Assembly (NCBI GenBank): GCA_045545475.1
Contig: JAZQAZ010000023.1
Span: 32,001-96,000 of the forward strand
Direction of reading: 5' to 3'
DNA length: 64,000 bases
Origin: Clostridia bacterium
GTDB taxonomy: Bacteria; Bacillota; Clostridia; CAKSNL01; HGM11501
Made by a program: the position numbers and the translations under genes. The notes beneath the pieces are model-generated. The model had not been told where the DNA came from. It worked only from the letters and a program-made list of their open reading frames with translations, and ran no database searches. This document shows positions 1 to 10,293 of this stretch, in pieces (position 1 is the first letter of the stretch; every line of letters begins with the position of its first letter).

Positions 1-964
1 CGCCGTAGCTTGAGGATGCGGAAATCTTTTCGATGGCAGGAGCTAAATCCTTGGAAACTGCAAGTGCGGTTACGGGGAAGCCGTTACCGAAGCCCTTACC
101 AAGGGTTGTAATATCAGCTGTAACATTCCAATGATCCATCGCAAGGTATTTACCTGTTCTTGCCATACAGTTAAGAACTTCGTCGGCAAAAAGAAGTATA
201 CCGCGTTTGTCGCAAAGAGCACGAAGTGCGGGAATGAAGTCATCGGGAGGAATGATGGAGCCGCCCCAGCCCTGTACGGGCTCTAAAACGATGGCAGCAA
301 CGTTTTTACCGCCTGATGCACAAGCGTTATCAAGCATACCTTCGATCATATGGATGTAGGGTGTTGAATCCTTCCATGCCTCTTCGGGTGTTCTTCCGAA
401 AAAGTCACGATAGGGATTGGGACGGGGAACAAGCATAAAGCCGGGTGCTCTCATATGTGTGTCGGGGCCAACAACTGCAAGGGAGTTTGCACCGTAGGTC
501 TTACCGTGGAAGTCTCTGAAGAATGAAATGAATTCCTGCTTGCCTGTTGCCGCCCTTGCACAGCGAAGACCTGCTTCAACAGCAGTTGTACCTGAATCGT
601 AGAACTGGAAACCGCCGAAGCGTCCGCCTGTGATTTCGTGAAGCTTTTCGACAAGTTCCATCTTTACCTTTGTTGTAAAGTCATGGCAGTTCATAAGTTT
701 TTTAGCCTGCTCGGCAACAGCTTCACTGATTTTGGGATGGCAATGACCAAGACCGGTTACATAGATACCGGATGAAAAGTCAAGATATGTATTACCGTCA
801 ACGTCGGTAAGAGTGTATCCGTAGCCGGATTCAAAGGTTACGGGGAAAAGCTTAACCTGGCTGGAATAGCCTTTCATATACTTTGCACATCTTTCGTGAT
901 ATTCAACTGATTTAGGTCCGGGAACGGTTTTTGTTACCATATGGGGAACCTTTGTAAGATCCAT
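1..964 (-). CDS. Class III PLP-dependent aminotransferase (GabT/ArgD-like), 3' end outside window
   Basis: Not in ORF track (no stop in window). Manual translation from ATG at 964: MDLTKVPHMVTKTVPGPKS..., with class III motifs YLDFSSG, LGHCHP, FHGKT, EPVQGWGG, ADEV and TLGKGFGNG (PLP lysine). Confidence 0.9.
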   Translation of the reverse strand, partial: MDLTKVPHMVTKTVPGPKSVEYHERCAKYMKGYSSQVKLFPVTFESGYGYTLTDVDGNTYLDFSSGIYVTGLGHCHPKISEAVAEQAKKLMNCHDFTTKVKMELVEKLHEITGGRFGGFQFYDSGTTAVEAGLRCARAATGKQEFISFFRDFHGKTYGANSLAVVGPDTHMRAPGFMLVPRPNPYRDFFGRTPEEAWKDSTPYIHMIEGMLDNACASGGKNVAAIVLEPVQGWGGSIIPPDDFIPALRALCDKRGILLFADEVLNCMARTGKYLAMDHWNVTADITTLGKGFGNGFPVTALAVSKDLAPAIEKISASSSYG

Positions 965-1049
965 TTTTGCCCAATCTTTAGCCATAATAAATTCTCCTTT
1001 TTATTTTTTTCATTTTTACTTTCTTTTTTCTTTCAAAAGCTATAACTTT

Positions 1050-1078
1050 ATTATATAACAAAGCTTTTACATTGTCAA
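1050..1078 (-). promoter_or_regulatory. SigA-type promoter of aminotransferase
   Basis: TTGACA-17 bp-TATAAT on minus strand. Confidence 0.75.
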
Positions 1079-1094
1079 TACTTTTTTTGTTTTT

Positions 1095-1175
1095 ATTTTC
1101 GTTTACTTTCGTTTCAAAAGAACTGAAAGCGATTTTCCCCTTTTTTTCTCCCCTTTGTTGACAAAACGAAAATAA
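1095..1175. promoter_or_regulatory. Probable DeoR/AgaR-type operator (TTTCGTTT repeats)
   Basis: attTTCGTTTacTTTCGTTTc tandem copies plus an inverted copy AAACGAAA inside the regulator's promoter spacer, between divergent genes. Confidence 0.5.
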
Positions 1176-1186
1176 AATAGTATAAT
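1158..1186 (+). promoter_or_regulatory. SigA-type promoter of DeoR regulator
   Basis: TTGACA-17 bp-TATAAT. Confidence 0.75.
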
Positions 1187-1217
1187 CAAAGCATAACATA
1201 AAGAGGAAGATGATAAA

Positions 1218-1973
1218 ATGGTAGCAGAAGAAAGAAGAAAAAAAATTCTCGAAATCCTGAATAAGGAAGGCAGCATTCGTGTAACGGAATTAAGCCGTAT
1301 CTTCGAAACCTCCGAAGTAACCATAAGAACAGACCTTGCCGATATGGAATATAAAGGACTACTTACCCGTGTTCACGGCGGTGCGGTGTGTTCCTACAAG
1401 CCTTATTACAGCATGAGCTTAAATCAGAGAATGTCCACAAATCAGGTACAAAAGGAGATTATTGCAAATAAAATTGCAGGAATGATTGAGGATAACGACA
1501 CCATCATGCTTAATTCGGGCACAACCACACTCCTTGTTTTCCGTGCCATTCCGCAAAACTTAAATTTAAGCATTGTGACAAACTCAATTTCCATAGCCCT
1601 TGAAGGAACATCGAATCCCAATTTCAACATAATTCTTTTAGGCGGTCTCATAAATTCCAAGTATCAGTTTACTTTTGGTGACGATGCCATAAGACAGCTT
1701 AAGAGCTATCACGCAGACAAGCTCATTTTGTCAGTTGACGGAATTGACCTTGAACACGGCTTTTCCACCTACTATGATAAAGAAGCAGAAATTGACAGAA
1801 TTATGCTTCAGCAGTCAAACGTAAACATTGTTGCAGCTGACCATTCCAAATTTGACCGCTGTGCTTTCACAAAGATTTCCGACCTTTCCGTTGCCGACTA
1901 CATAGTAACCGACACCGATGCACCGGAAAAAATGAAAGGAAAGTTATCGAAACAATCAATTAAAATATGCTAA
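1218..1973 (+). CDS. DeoR/GlpR family transcriptional regulator
   Basis: N-terminal HTH (SEVTIRTDL, RVHGGA), NSGTTT, VTNS and AADHSKF motifs. Confidence 0.95.
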   Translation: MVAEERRKKILEILNKEGSIRVTELSRIFETSEVTIRTDLADMEYKGLLTRVHGGAVCSYKPYYSMSLNQRMSTNQVQKEIIANKIAGMIEDNDTIMLNSGTTTLLVFRAIPQNLNLSIVTNSISIALEGTSNPNFNIILLGGLINSKYQFTFGDDAIRQLKSYHADKLILSVDGIDLEHGFSTYYDKEAEIDRIMLQQSNVNIVAADHSKFDRCAFTKISDLSVADYIVTDTDAPEKMKGKLSKQSIKIC

Positions 1974-1975
1974 AG

Positions 1976-2006
1976 AAAAAGCCTGAACTTTCGTTCAGGC
2001 TTTTTT
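1976..2006. terminator. Bidirectional intrinsic terminator
   Basis: aaaaaGCCTGAAC-tttc-GTTCAGGCtttttt between convergent genes. Confidence 0.85.
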
Positions 2007-2008
2007 GT

Positions 2009-2356
2009 TTATTTCAAGAGTACTATTTCTATTCCCAAAACTCCAAATTGTGCCTGCCTTTCAGGGGAATAATACTCTTCCATATCTTTATAGGATGCAT
2101 CCTTTATTTCTTCCGGTAAATATCCGCACTTTTCCAGAGGAAGTGATTTATACAGTTCTTCAAAGGAATCAAAGCTGTGAATCTCTTTTACTAAAGTTTC
2201 AAGTTTTTTCTCGGCTTCTGTTGCTTTACTGAATATTATCCTATCCCCTGTTTTAATTAATTGTCTTTTCTCATCATTCAGACGCAACTCAATAGTTTTC
2301 TGCCCTTTTTGAATCATTTCGAAGGGAGCATCATTAAGTTTCATATTATGTATCAT
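2009..2356 (-). CDS. ASCH/PUA-like domain protein
   Basis: PFEMIQKGQKTIELRLNDEKRQLIKTGD is the ASCH signature; start moved to MIHNMKL after RBS. Confidence 0.85.
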   Translation of the reverse strand: MIHNMKLNDAPFEMIQKGQKTIELRLNDEKRQLIKTGDRIIFSKATEAEKKLETLVKEIHSFDSFEELYKSLPLEKCGYLPEEIKDASYKDMEEYYSPERQAQFGVLGIEIVLLK

Positions 2357-2393
2357 ATCAGTTTTCTTCCCTTTCATACCGATACATTAACTA

Positions 2394-2424
2394 AAAAACA
2401 GACCGCCTATGGCGGCCTGTTTTT
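2394..2424 (-). terminator. Terminator after tsf
   Basis: aaaaacagaccgcc-tat-ggcggcctgttttt hairpin. Confidence 0.7.
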
Positions 2425-2426
2425 AA

Positions 2427-3311
2427 TTACTTAAGCATGGAAGCAATTTCGTCTGCGAAATTATCTTCTCTCTTTTCAATACCTTCGCCCTTTTCGTAAC
2501 GAACGAACTTAAGAACCTTGGCACCTGCTACAGTGCTGTCAATGTACTTAGCAACTGTGATGTCCTCGTCCATAATGTAAGCCTGATCAAGAAGACAAAC
2601 TTCGCTGAAGAACTTACGGATTCTACCCTGAACCATCTTTTCAGCGATGTTTTCGGGCTTACCTTCGTTCATAGCCTGAGTCTTTAATACTTCCTGCTCG
2701 TGAGCTACAACCTCAGCGGGAACATCTGCCTGAGCGATGTACTTGGGAGCATACATAGCGATGTGCATGCAAAGGTTTTTACCCATAGCTGCAACTTCGT
2801 CGTTTGCAGGAGCATCGATCAATGTCATAACACCGATTCTGCCGTTGTCGTGATTGTAAGTAGCAATTGTGCCTTCCATTCTTTCGAAACGACGGATTGT
2901 CATATTTTCGCCGATAACAGCGATTTTGTTTGTAAGAGCATCCTGCACTGTGCCGCCTTCGGGATATGCCTTTGTGAGAAGGTCAGCAACATCAGCGGGG
3001 TTTTCCTTTGCAACAACCTTAGCTACGTTTTCAACGAAAGCCTGGAAGTCAGCATTCTTTGCAACGAAGTCTGTTTCAGCGTTTACTTCAAGGATAACGC
3101 CAACGTTACCGTCAACGTAAAGCTTAACTGTACCTTCTGCAGCAATTCTGGAAGCCTTCTTAGCAGCCTTTGCAAGACCTTTTTCTCTTAAGTACTCAGC
3201 GGCCTTTTCCATGTCGCCGTCGCACTCAACCAAAGCCTTCTTACAGTCCATCATACCGCAGCCTGTGGATTCTCTTAAATCTTTAACGATTTTAGCTGTA
3301 ATTTCTGCCAT
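2427..3311 (-). CDS. tsf: Elongation factor Ts
   Basis: LRESTGCGMMDCKKAL, EVNAETDFVAKN; downstream of rpsB. Confidence 0.99.
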   Translation of the reverse strand: MAEITAKIVKDLRESTGCGMMDCKKALVECDGDMEKAAEYLREKGLAKAAKKASRIAAEGTVKLYVDGNVGVILEVNAETDFVAKNADFQAFVENVAKVVAKENPADVADLLTKAYPEGGTVQDALTNKIAVIGENMTIRRFERMEGTIATYNHDNGRIGVMTLIDAPANDEVAAMGKNLCMHIAMYAPKYIAQADVPAEVVAHEQEVLKTQAMNEGKPENIAEKMVQGRIRKFFSEVCLLDQAYIMDEDITVAKYIDSTVAGAKVLKFVRYEKGEGIEKREDNFADEIASMLK

Positions 3312-3331
3312 TTTCGTATCCTCCTTAAAAA

Positions 3332-4078
3332 TTACTCTGCCTGTTCTTCAGCAGGAGCTTCTTCAACAGCAGCTTCTTCTGCGGGAGCAAAAGATTCGCC
3401 CTGTCTTCCTTCGATAACAGCGTTTGCCATAGCACCTGCGATAAGGCTTACGGCACGGATAGCGTCATCGTTACCGGGGATTACGTAATCAACTTCGTCG
3501 GGATCGCAGTTTGTATCAACGATAGCAACGATGGGAATGTGAAGCTTTCTTGCTTCTGCTACAGCGTTCTTTTCCTTCTTGGGGTCAACAACGAACATAG
3601 CAGCGGGAAGTCTCTTCATTTCCTTGATACCGCCAAGGTTGTCTTCAAGCTTCTTCCATTCGAGACGAAGCTTAATAACTTCCTTCTTGGGGAGAACATC
3701 GAATGTTCCGTCTTCTTCCATCTTCTGAAGCTGGAAGAGTCTTGCAATTCTTGTGGTGATGGTCTTGAAGTTTGTAAGCATACCGCCATACCATCTGGAA
3801 TTTACAAAGTACATACCGCATCTTAAAGCTTCTGCCTTAATAGCTTCCTGAGCCTGCTTCTTTGTACCAACGAAGAGGATGTCTCCGCCTTCAGCTGCAA
3901 TGCTCTTGATGAAGTCATAAGCTTCATTAGCCTTCTTTACGGTCTTTTCAAGGTTGATGATATAGATACCGTTTCTTTCGGTAAATATATACTCAGCCAT
4001 TTTGGGGTTCCAACGTCTGGTCTGATGTCCGAAGTGAACACCTGCTTCCAGAAGCTGTTTCATTGAGATTACTGACAT
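3332..4078 (-). CDS. rpsB: 30S ribosomal protein S2
   Basis: [32 protein letters not shown]. Confidence 0.99.
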   Translation of the reverse strand: MSVISMKQLLEAGVHFGHQTRRWNPKMAEYIFTERNGIYIINLEKTVKKANEAYDFIKSIAAEGGDILFVGTKKQAQEAIKAEALRCGMYFVNSRWYGGMLTNFKTITTRIARLFQLQKMEEDGTFDVLPKKEVIKLRLEWKKLEDNLGGIKEMKRLPAAMFVVDPKKEKNAVAEARKLHIPIVAIVDTNCDPDEVDYVIPGNDDAIRAVSLIAGAMANAVIEGRQGESFAPAEEAAVEEAPAEEQAE

Positions 4079-4187
4079 AGTTAAACACTCCTTTTAGTTT
4101 TTTTATACCTCCGCCCTGCACCGTCCGCTACACCCTTTCGGGAACTAATCAGACTCATCAGAACGTGTGTATTTTAATATTTAACCT
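4079..4187 (-). promoter_or_regulatory. rpsB 5' leader (probable S2 autoregulatory RNA)
   Basis: ~110-nt GC-rich leader between promoter and ATG, with ACACACG at 5' side and CGGAGG at 3' side, typical of S2 leaders. Confidence 0.6.
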
Positions 4188-4192
4188 ATGAG

Positions 4193-4221
4193 ATTATATC
4201 ATAAGGTTTTTTCCTTGTCAA
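4193..4221 (-). promoter_or_regulatory. SigA promoter of rpsB-tsf
   Basis: TTGACA-17 bp-TATAAT with extended TG. Confidence 0.85.
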
Positions 4222-4235
4222 GTATTTTTTTACAT

Positions 4236-5543
4236 TTAAAATAAATCATTTCTTTCCGCTTTCAGTGCCGTTATTTCCTTTACGGCGGCTTCTGCTACGG
4301 CGGCATAGCGTTCCTTTTTCTTTCTTATTTTGTGAAATTCGTGGCTGACTATTCCGAAATTTGCATTCATTGGCTGAAAATGCTCCGCATCACCGTTTGC
4401 CACATAGTAGGAAAGCGCGCCGGTAACAGTCCCCTTACCCGGCACAAAGCTTTCTTTTCCCGTAAGATAAGCATAGGCGTTTATTCCTGCAATGAGACCT
4501 GATACCGCCGATTCCACATAGCCTTCAACGCCGGTAATCTGTCCCGCAAAGAAAATATTTTCTCTGCCTTTGACAGAATAGTTTGCGTTAAGCACCTTAG
4601 GTCCGCAAAGGAAGGTATTTCTGTGCATTACACCATAGCGCAAAAACTCCGCATCGGCAAGACCGCCTATCATAGAAAACACTCTCTTCTGCTCGCCGAA
4701 CTTAAGGTTGGTCTGAAAGCCTACCATATTGTAAACTGTTCCCTCGGTATTATCACGGCGAAGCTGAACAACGGCGTGATAACGCTCCCCCGTTACTGGA
4801 TTTTCAAGTCCCACCGGCTTTAAGGGACCAAAGAGTAATGTTTCACTTCCACGCTTTGCCATAATTTCCACGGGCATACAGCCCTCAAAAACAGAAGGCT
4901 TTTCAATATCCTCGTGAAGAGGTGCCGTTTCAGCATTTATAAGTGCCTCGTAAAAGGCGTCATACTCTTCTTTGGTCATGGGGCAGTTTATGTAATCGGG
5001 AGTTCCCTTATCGTAGCGGCTTTTAAAATACGCCCTTGTCATATCAATGGAGTCAAAGCTGACTAAGGGTGCCGCCGCATCATAAAAGGACATAAAGCCT
5101 CCTGTGAGCTTTCCGATTTTCTCAGCCAATGCTCCGTCTGTCAAAGGCCCTGTTGCAATTATAACGCACTCATCTTCGGGAATGGAGGTTATCTCCTCTT
5201 CGATTACTTCTATGTTTTCGTTTTCCTTAATCTTTTTTGTTACGGTATCGGAAAACTTTTCCCTGTCTACTGCCAGTGCTCCCCCTGCCGGAACCTTTGT
5301 TTCGTCCGCCGAGGAAATTATAACTGAGTCCATTATTCTCATTTCCTCTTTAAGAAGTCCGCAGGCATTATCAAGGCTATCGCCTTTAAGAGAATTACTG
5401 CAGACAAGCTCCGCAAATCCGGAATATTTATGGGCAGGGGAAAACTTTTTAGGCTTCATTTCATAAAGCTTTACCTTTATGCCTCTTTTAGCTATCTGGT
5501 ATGCCGCCTCGCAACCCGCAAGACCTGCACCTATTACTATCAT
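4236..5543 (-). CDS. trmFO: Folate/FAD-dependent tRNA m5U54 methyltransferase TrmFO
   Basis: GAGLAGCEAA, AELVCSNS, VGFQTNLK, AGQITGVEGY, FQPMNANFG; downstream of topA. Confidence 0.97.
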   Translation of the reverse strand: MIVIGAGLAGCEAAYQIAKRGIKVKLYEMKPKKFSPAHKYSGFAELVCSNSLKGDSLDNACGLLKEEMRIMDSVIISSADETKVPAGGALAVDREKFSDTVTKKIKENENIEVIEEEITSIPEDECVIIATGPLTDGALAEKIGKLTGGFMSFYDAAAPLVSFDSIDMTRAYFKSRYDKGTPDYINCPMTKEEYDAFYEALINAETAPLHEDIEKPSVFEGCMPVEIMAKRGSETLLFGPLKPVGLENPVTGERYHAVVQLRRDNTEGTVYNMVGFQTNLKFGEQKRVFSMIGGLADAEFLRYGVMHRNTFLCGPKVLNANYSVKGRENIFFAGQITGVEGYVESAVSGLIAGINAYAYLTGKESFVPGKGTVTGALSYYVANGDAEHFQPMNANFGIVSHEFHKIRKKKERYAAVAEAAVKEITALKAERNDLF

Positions 5544-5562
5544 AATATTTTTCCTTTCGAAA

Positions 5563-5585
5563 GATGCACCCGTAAAGGGTGCATC
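5563..5585 (-). terminator. Hairpin between topA and trmFO
   Basis: gatgcaccc-gtaaa-gggtgcatc followed by short U tract on minus strand. Confidence 0.5.
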
Positions 5586-5588
5586 AGC

Positions 5589-7664
5589 TTACTTTTTATC
5601 CTTACCGCAGAATCTGTCGGAGCAGCGAACCACCGTTTCTCCTCTTACGGTTTTTGTTATCATCATCGAACCGCACTTTTCGCACTTTTCTCCCGTGGGC
5701 ATATCCCAGAGAAGGAAGTTACAGTCCTTGTTACGGCAGGGGTAATACTTTTTGCCCTTCTTTGAAAATCTTCCGATAATCATATCTCCGCACTCGGGGC
5801 ACTTCACGTTGGTTTCGTCCACAATCGCCTTAGTAAATGAGCAATCCGGGTAGCCGGGGCAGGCAAGGAATTTTCCGAATCTGCCGTTCTTTATTACCAT
5901 ATTTCTTCCGCAAAGCTCGCACTTCACGTCGGTTTCCTCATCCTGGATTGTAACCTTACTCATTTCTTCCTCGGCGACCTTTAAATCCTTTTCAAAGGGA
6001 GCGTAGAATTCTCCCACAACCTTGGTCCATTTTTCATTGCCTTCGCCAACCTTATCAAGGTCATCCTCCATATTTGCGGTAAACTCAATATCAACGATGC
6101 TCTTGAAATATTCTGTCAGCATATCGGTAATGATTTTTCCAAGCTCTGTGGGCTTTAACGCCTTCTTGTCTCGTTCAACATAACGACGGGCAAGAATGGT
6201 GGAAAGTGTGGGAGCGTAGGTTGAGGGTCTTCCTATTCCTGCTTCTTCCATCGCTTTGATTAATGACGCTTCGTTATAGCGTGCGGGAGGCTCTGTAAAG
6301 TGGCCTGTTGCCTCCAGCTTTTCCTCCGTTAAAACATCACCGGTATTAAGCACAGGAAGATGCTTTACGGTTTCTTCCGTATTGTCTGAATCTGTATAAA
6401 CCGCAAGATAGCCGGGGAACGCAAGCTCCCTTGCTCCTGCCTTGAAGTCTGCCTTATTGCAGGAAATTTCAGCATTTACTGTTTTATATACAGCAGAAGC
6501 CGCCTGGCTTGCGATAAAACGTGAGAAAATAAGCTTATACAGCTTAAACTCGTCGCCCTTAAGAGAGCCTTTGACCTCTTCGGGGGTAAGCATAGTGGTG
6601 GGACGGATTGCTTCATGAGCGTCCTGTGCACCTTTTTTTGTTTTATAGCTTCTTGCAGTTTTGGGTACATAAGCATCGCCGTATTTTGCCTTTATATATT
6701 CCCTTGCATTATCCTTTGCCTCATCAGAAATACGAAGAGAATCTGTTCTCATGTATGTGATAAGACCGAGAGTTCCCATTCCCTCTATGTCAACGCCCTC
6801 GTATAAAATCTGAGCCGCCGCCATGGTACGCTTTGCAGTAAAGCCAAGCTGCTTTGCCGCTTCCTGCTGCATGGAGCTTGTGGTAAAAGGAGGTTTAGGG
6901 GAAAGCTGCTTTTCAGAATACTTAACGTCATTTACGGTGTAAGTGCCGCCATTAATCATTTCCTTTATCTTTTCAGCGTCGCTCTCGGATTTCAAAGCCT
7001 TCTTCTTTCCGTCAACACCATGAAAATGTGCCTGGAAGGTTTCTTCTCCTTCTTTCTTAAGAAGTGCCGTAATGTTCCAGTATTCTTCAGGAACGAAAGC
7101 TTCAATCTCTCTTTCTCTGTCAACAACCATCTTTGTGGTTACAGACTGAACACGTCCTGCAGAAAGACCGGAACCGATTTTCGTCCATAAAAGGGGACTT
7201 AATTTATATCCCAAAAGTCTGTCAACAATTCTTCTTGCCTGCTGTGCATCAACCAGCGAAAGGTCAATGGCACGGGGTTTTTTAACAGCCTCGGATACCG
7301 CAGTTTTCGTTATCTCGTTAAAGGTTACACGGCAGTCAGACTTTTCGTCAATGCCCAGTATTGCCGCAATGTGCCATGCAATAGCCTCTCCTTCACGGTC
7401 AGGGTCTGTTGCGATGAATACTTTTTTGGCACTTTTAGCCGCCTTTTTCATTGCACTTGTAAGGTCGCCCTTACCCCTTATCGTGATATACTTAGGCTCA
7501 AAGTCCTTTTCCGTATCAATACCAAGCTGACTTTTCGGCAAATCCCTTAAGTGTCCCATTGACGCCATTACATTGTAGCCTCTGCCAAGATATTTCTTTA
7601 TTGTCTTCGCCTTTGCCGGAGACTCAACTATTAAAAGATTTGTCTTGCTTTTAGCTTTTTCCAT
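5589..7664 (-). CDS. topA: DNA topoisomerase I
   Basis: IVESPAKAKTI, ATDPDREGE, SAGRVQS, ITYMRTDS, AHEAIRPT, C-terminal C4 zinc fingers. Confidence 0.99.
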   Translation of the reverse strand: MEKAKSKTNLLIVESPAKAKTIKKYLGRGYNVMASMGHLRDLPKSQLGIDTEKDFEPKYITIRGKGDLTSAMKKAAKSAKKVFIATDPDREGEAIAWHIAAILGIDEKSDCRVTFNEITKTAVSEAVKKPRAIDLSLVDAQQARRIVDRLLGYKLSPLLWTKIGSGLSAGRVQSVTTKMVVDREREIEAFVPEEYWNITALLKKEGEETFQAHFHGVDGKKKALKSESDAEKIKEMINGGTYTVNDVKYSEKQLSPKPPFTTSSMQQEAAKQLGFTAKRTMAAAQILYEGVDIEGMGTLGLITYMRTDSLRISDEAKDNAREYIKAKYGDAYVPKTARSYKTKKGAQDAHEAIRPTTMLTPEEVKGSLKGDEFKLYKLIFSRFIASQAASAVYKTVNAEISCNKADFKAGARELAFPGYLAVYTDSDNTEETVKHLPVLNTGDVLTEEKLEATGHFTEPPARYNEASLIKAMEEAGIGRPSTYAPTLSTILARRYVERDKKALKPTELGKIITDMLTEYFKSIVDIEFTANMEDDLDKVGEGNEKWTKVVGEFYAPFEKDLKVAEEEMSKVTIQDEETDVKCELCGRNMVIKNGRFGKFLACPGYPDCSFTKAIVDETNVKCPECGDMIIGRFSKKGKKYYPCRNKDCNFLLWDMPTGEKCEKCGSMMITKTVRGETVVRCSDRFCGKDKK

Positions 7665-7698
7665 TTTTCAATCTTCAACCTTTCTATATATAAACAAC

Positions 7699-8856
7699 TT
7701 AATTTACAGAATATTTTCCGTCCGGCATCATTTTAACCTTTCCCGAAACCTCTAAAATAATGAGAGTGGATGCAACCCACTTAAAAGGTCTTCCGCTTTT
7801 CTCCGAAAGCTCCTGGGATGTAAGCGGTTCTTTTTTCAGAAGTTCTAGGAGTGCAAGCATATTATCGCTTTCGTTTTCGCCCTGACGCACAGCAGTTTTT
7901 CCCGATGTTTTCTTTTCAGGTTTTATTTCGGGGCCTTTTTCTTCCTTTATTTCTTCTTTTTTGGGTACTGATGCTATATATTCCGAAACAAAACCCTCTG
8001 TATCGGTAATCATAGTTGCCCCTTCATTTATTAATGCAAAGCAACCCTTTGATTCCTCAATGTCAATTCTTCCCGGAACGGCTGCAACGCATTTACCGTA
8101 TTCCATGGCAAGATGTGCGGTTATAAGTGCTCCGCTCTTTTCTCCTGCCTGAACCATTACGGTAAGGTCCGAAAGGCCTGCCATAATCCTGTTTCTTACG
8201 GGGAAGTATCCCGAAAGTGCAGGGGTTCCGAATTCAAACTCCGAAATAACAGCTCCGCCGTTTTCTATAATCTTACTTCTGAAATCAGCACTTCCGGAAG
8301 GATAATCCACATCCATACCGCAGCAAAGAACCCCTATTGCCTTTCCTCCTGTGGCAATGGCACCAAGCATGGAAGACTGATCAATCCCCTGTGCCATACC
8401 GGACACTATTGTATATCCTGCCTGAGCAAAAGCAGATGACAAATCACGGCTTATATTCATGCCGTAGCTGTCAGCCTTTCTGCTTCCCACCATAGTGACG
8501 GAAGGTGTATTAAGAACTCGCCTGTCTCCTGCCACATATAAAATGAGCGGAGGCTCCGGGATGGAACGTAAGCTTTCGGGATATGCCTTACTGAAGTAAT
8601 CCACAAGATAAACTCTCGCCCTATTGCAACGTTCAACCTCTGCCGATACAAACGAAGTATCTTTATTGATAAGATATTCAATTTCCTTGTCATTAAACAT
8701 TCCGCATTCTTCGTATGCTTCTTTATCTGCTTTGTATAATTCCTCAGGAGAGGAAAAATATTCAATTGCATCTAAAAACTTAGCATTGGACGAAATACCC
8801 ATATGCTTAAGCCAAAGGAGATATTCCACTCTGTGCATTTCTTTCATCCTTTTCAT
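7699..8856 (-). CDS. dprA: DNA-processing protein DprA
   Basis: YPESLRSIPEPP, VGSR, VSGMAQGID, FPVRNRIMAGLS, SGALITA; dprA-topA synteny; exact start uncertain (8856 or 8838). Confidence 0.95.
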   Translation of the reverse strand: MKRMKEMHRVEYLLWLKHMGISSNAKFLDAIEYFSSPEELYKADKEAYEECGMFNDKEIEYLINKDTSFVSAEVERCNRARVYLVDYFSKAYPESLRSIPEPPLILYVAGDRRVLNTPSVTMVGSRKADSYGMNISRDLSSAFAQAGYTIVSGMAQGIDQSSMLGAIATGGKAIGVLCCGMDVDYPSGSADFRSKIIENGGAVISEFEFGTPALSGYFPVRNRIMAGLSDLTVMVQAGEKSGALITAHLAMEYGKCVAAVPGRIDIEESKGCFALINEGATMITDTEGFVSEYIASVPKKEEIKEEKGPEIKPEKKTSGKTAVRQGENESDNMLALLELLKKEPLTSQELSEKSGRPFKWVASTLIILEVSGKVKMMPDGKYSVN

Positions 8857-8996
8857 TTTACCTATATATTTTATAAAGTACAACAAAAATTCCGATTTGT
8901 AAAGAAAAATTTTTTTCTTTTTTTGAGAATTTTTAAAAATAAGGCGAATATAATACCATAAAAAACTTGTCTTATCAAGCCTTCCAGGAGTTTTTT

Positions 8997-9668
8997 ATGC
9001 CACTTATTTATTTATCAGAAAATAATTCTTTAAGTAAAAAAGTACTAAAGCTTCCCTTTTCCGGTAAGGATGTAAGCATGTTTGAACTTCCTTTTAAAAA
9101 AATGAGAAAAAGAGCGATAGCTAACTTTCGCGAGAGGTTGATAAGCACTGATGCTCTCTTTTTATCCTCTCCTCGCCTTTCTTCTTTGCTTCCGGAAAGA
9201 AGTGCTGATACTAAAGCTTTCTTTTATTCCGTCATAATAGCCACTTTATGTTCTGTAATAAAAAGGAAGAATATTTTATACGACAGACTGGTTATCATAA
9301 ATCCCACTGAGGAAATTGTACTTTCGGCCATAGATAACTTCCCGGAGATTGCCTTATCTGGAGACAATGCTCTTCTTATAGCAAGTAGAATATATGAAGC
9401 GGCAGGCGTGTCTATACCGATAGTTTCAGGCTATGACTTCAAAAACATCGTATTATGCATGACAAAAGTCCCGGTCTCCACATGTTCATTTGCCGTAGGG
9501 TACGATATAGAAGCAGGAGAAAACTCTCTGTCCGGCCAATCCTTAAAATTCTATCCCGAAAACAAATATTCGCCAATAGTATCTTTGTTGAAGCGACCAC
9601 TCACATTGAAAGAAGCCGCCCTCTTGGCAGAATATGATAAAAAAGCTACATTTAAAACGGTGTTTTAA
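8997..9668 (+). CDS. Hypothetical protein
   Basis: 224-codon ORF, ATG preceded by AGGAG; no motif recognised. Confidence 0.65.
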   Translation: MPLIYLSENNSLSKKVLKLPFSGKDVSMFELPFKKMRKRAIANFRERLISTDALFLSSPRLSSLLPERSADTKAFFYSVIIATLCSVIKRKNILYDRLVIINPTEEIVLSAIDNFPEIALSGDNALLIASRIYEAAGVSIPIVSGYDFKNIVLCMTKVPVSTCSFAVGYDIEAGENSLSGQSLKFYPENKYSPIVSLLKRPLTLKEAALLAEYDKKATFKTVF

Positions 9669-9676
9669 AATTAAGG

Positions 9677-9705
9677 TTGACAAATTCATTTTTATAGGGT
9701 ATAAT
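9677..9705 (+). promoter_or_regulatory. SigA promoter of greA
   Basis: TTGACA-17 bp-TATAAT. Confidence 0.8.
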
Positions 9706-9749
9706 TCAAGCATTAATGCCTTCGGGCAAAAAAGGAGAATTCACTTAAC

Positions 9750-10220
9750 ATGGCAAAGGAATATGTATTAACCCGCGAAGGTCTCGCGAAACTTAAGGAG
9801 GAGCTTGAATACAAAAGAACCGTAGGCAGAAAAGAAGCTGCAGAACATCTTAAAGAAGCACGTTCCTACGGCGATTTATCCGAAAACAGCGAATACGATG
9901 AAGCTAAAGATTCTCAGGCAAAGCTTGAAGCAAGAATTGCCGAAATAGAAGAAATGCTTAAAAACGTAAAGCTCTTGGAGGATGCCGAAAGAACTGAAGG
10001 TGTTGTAGGTATCGGTTCAACAGTTGTTTGCATTAACAAATCTTATGACACGGAAATCGAATACAGCATAGTAGGCAGTGCAGAGGCAGATCCCCTTAAC
10101 AACAAGATTTCTGATGAATCTCCCATCGGTCAGGCTTTAATCGGTTCAAAAGTCGGAGAAACTATTACGGTTGCTGCTCCAATGGGCGATATTGAGTTTG
10201 AAATCAAAGAAGTAAAATAA
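9750..10220 (+). CDS. greA: Transcription elongation factor GreA
   Basis: ARSYGDLSENSEYDEAK, ISDESPIGQALIG. Confidence 0.98.
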   Translation: MAKEYVLTREGLAKLKEELEYKRTVGRKEAAEHLKEARSYGDLSENSEYDEAKDSQAKLEARIAEIEEMLKNVKLLEDAERTEGVVGIGSTVVCINKSYDTEIEYSIVGSAEADPLNNKISDESPIGQALIGSKVGETITVAAPMGDIEFEIKEVK

Positions 10221-10240
10221 CATCTGAGCTTAGACATTCG

Positions 10241-10270
10241 GGGCGGATTAAAATCCGCCCTATGATTTTT
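10241..10270 (+). terminator. Probable terminator after greA
   Basis: gggcggatt-aa-aatccgccc hairpin then U-rich tail. Confidence 0.55.
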
Positions 10271-10293
10271 AACAGACAATTTAAGGTGATTTC

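Noticed and set aside
451-654. Short ORF suggesting a fragmented or frameshifted gene
   Set aside because: It is an alternative frame inside the intact aminotransferase, which reads openly from 964 to the window edge
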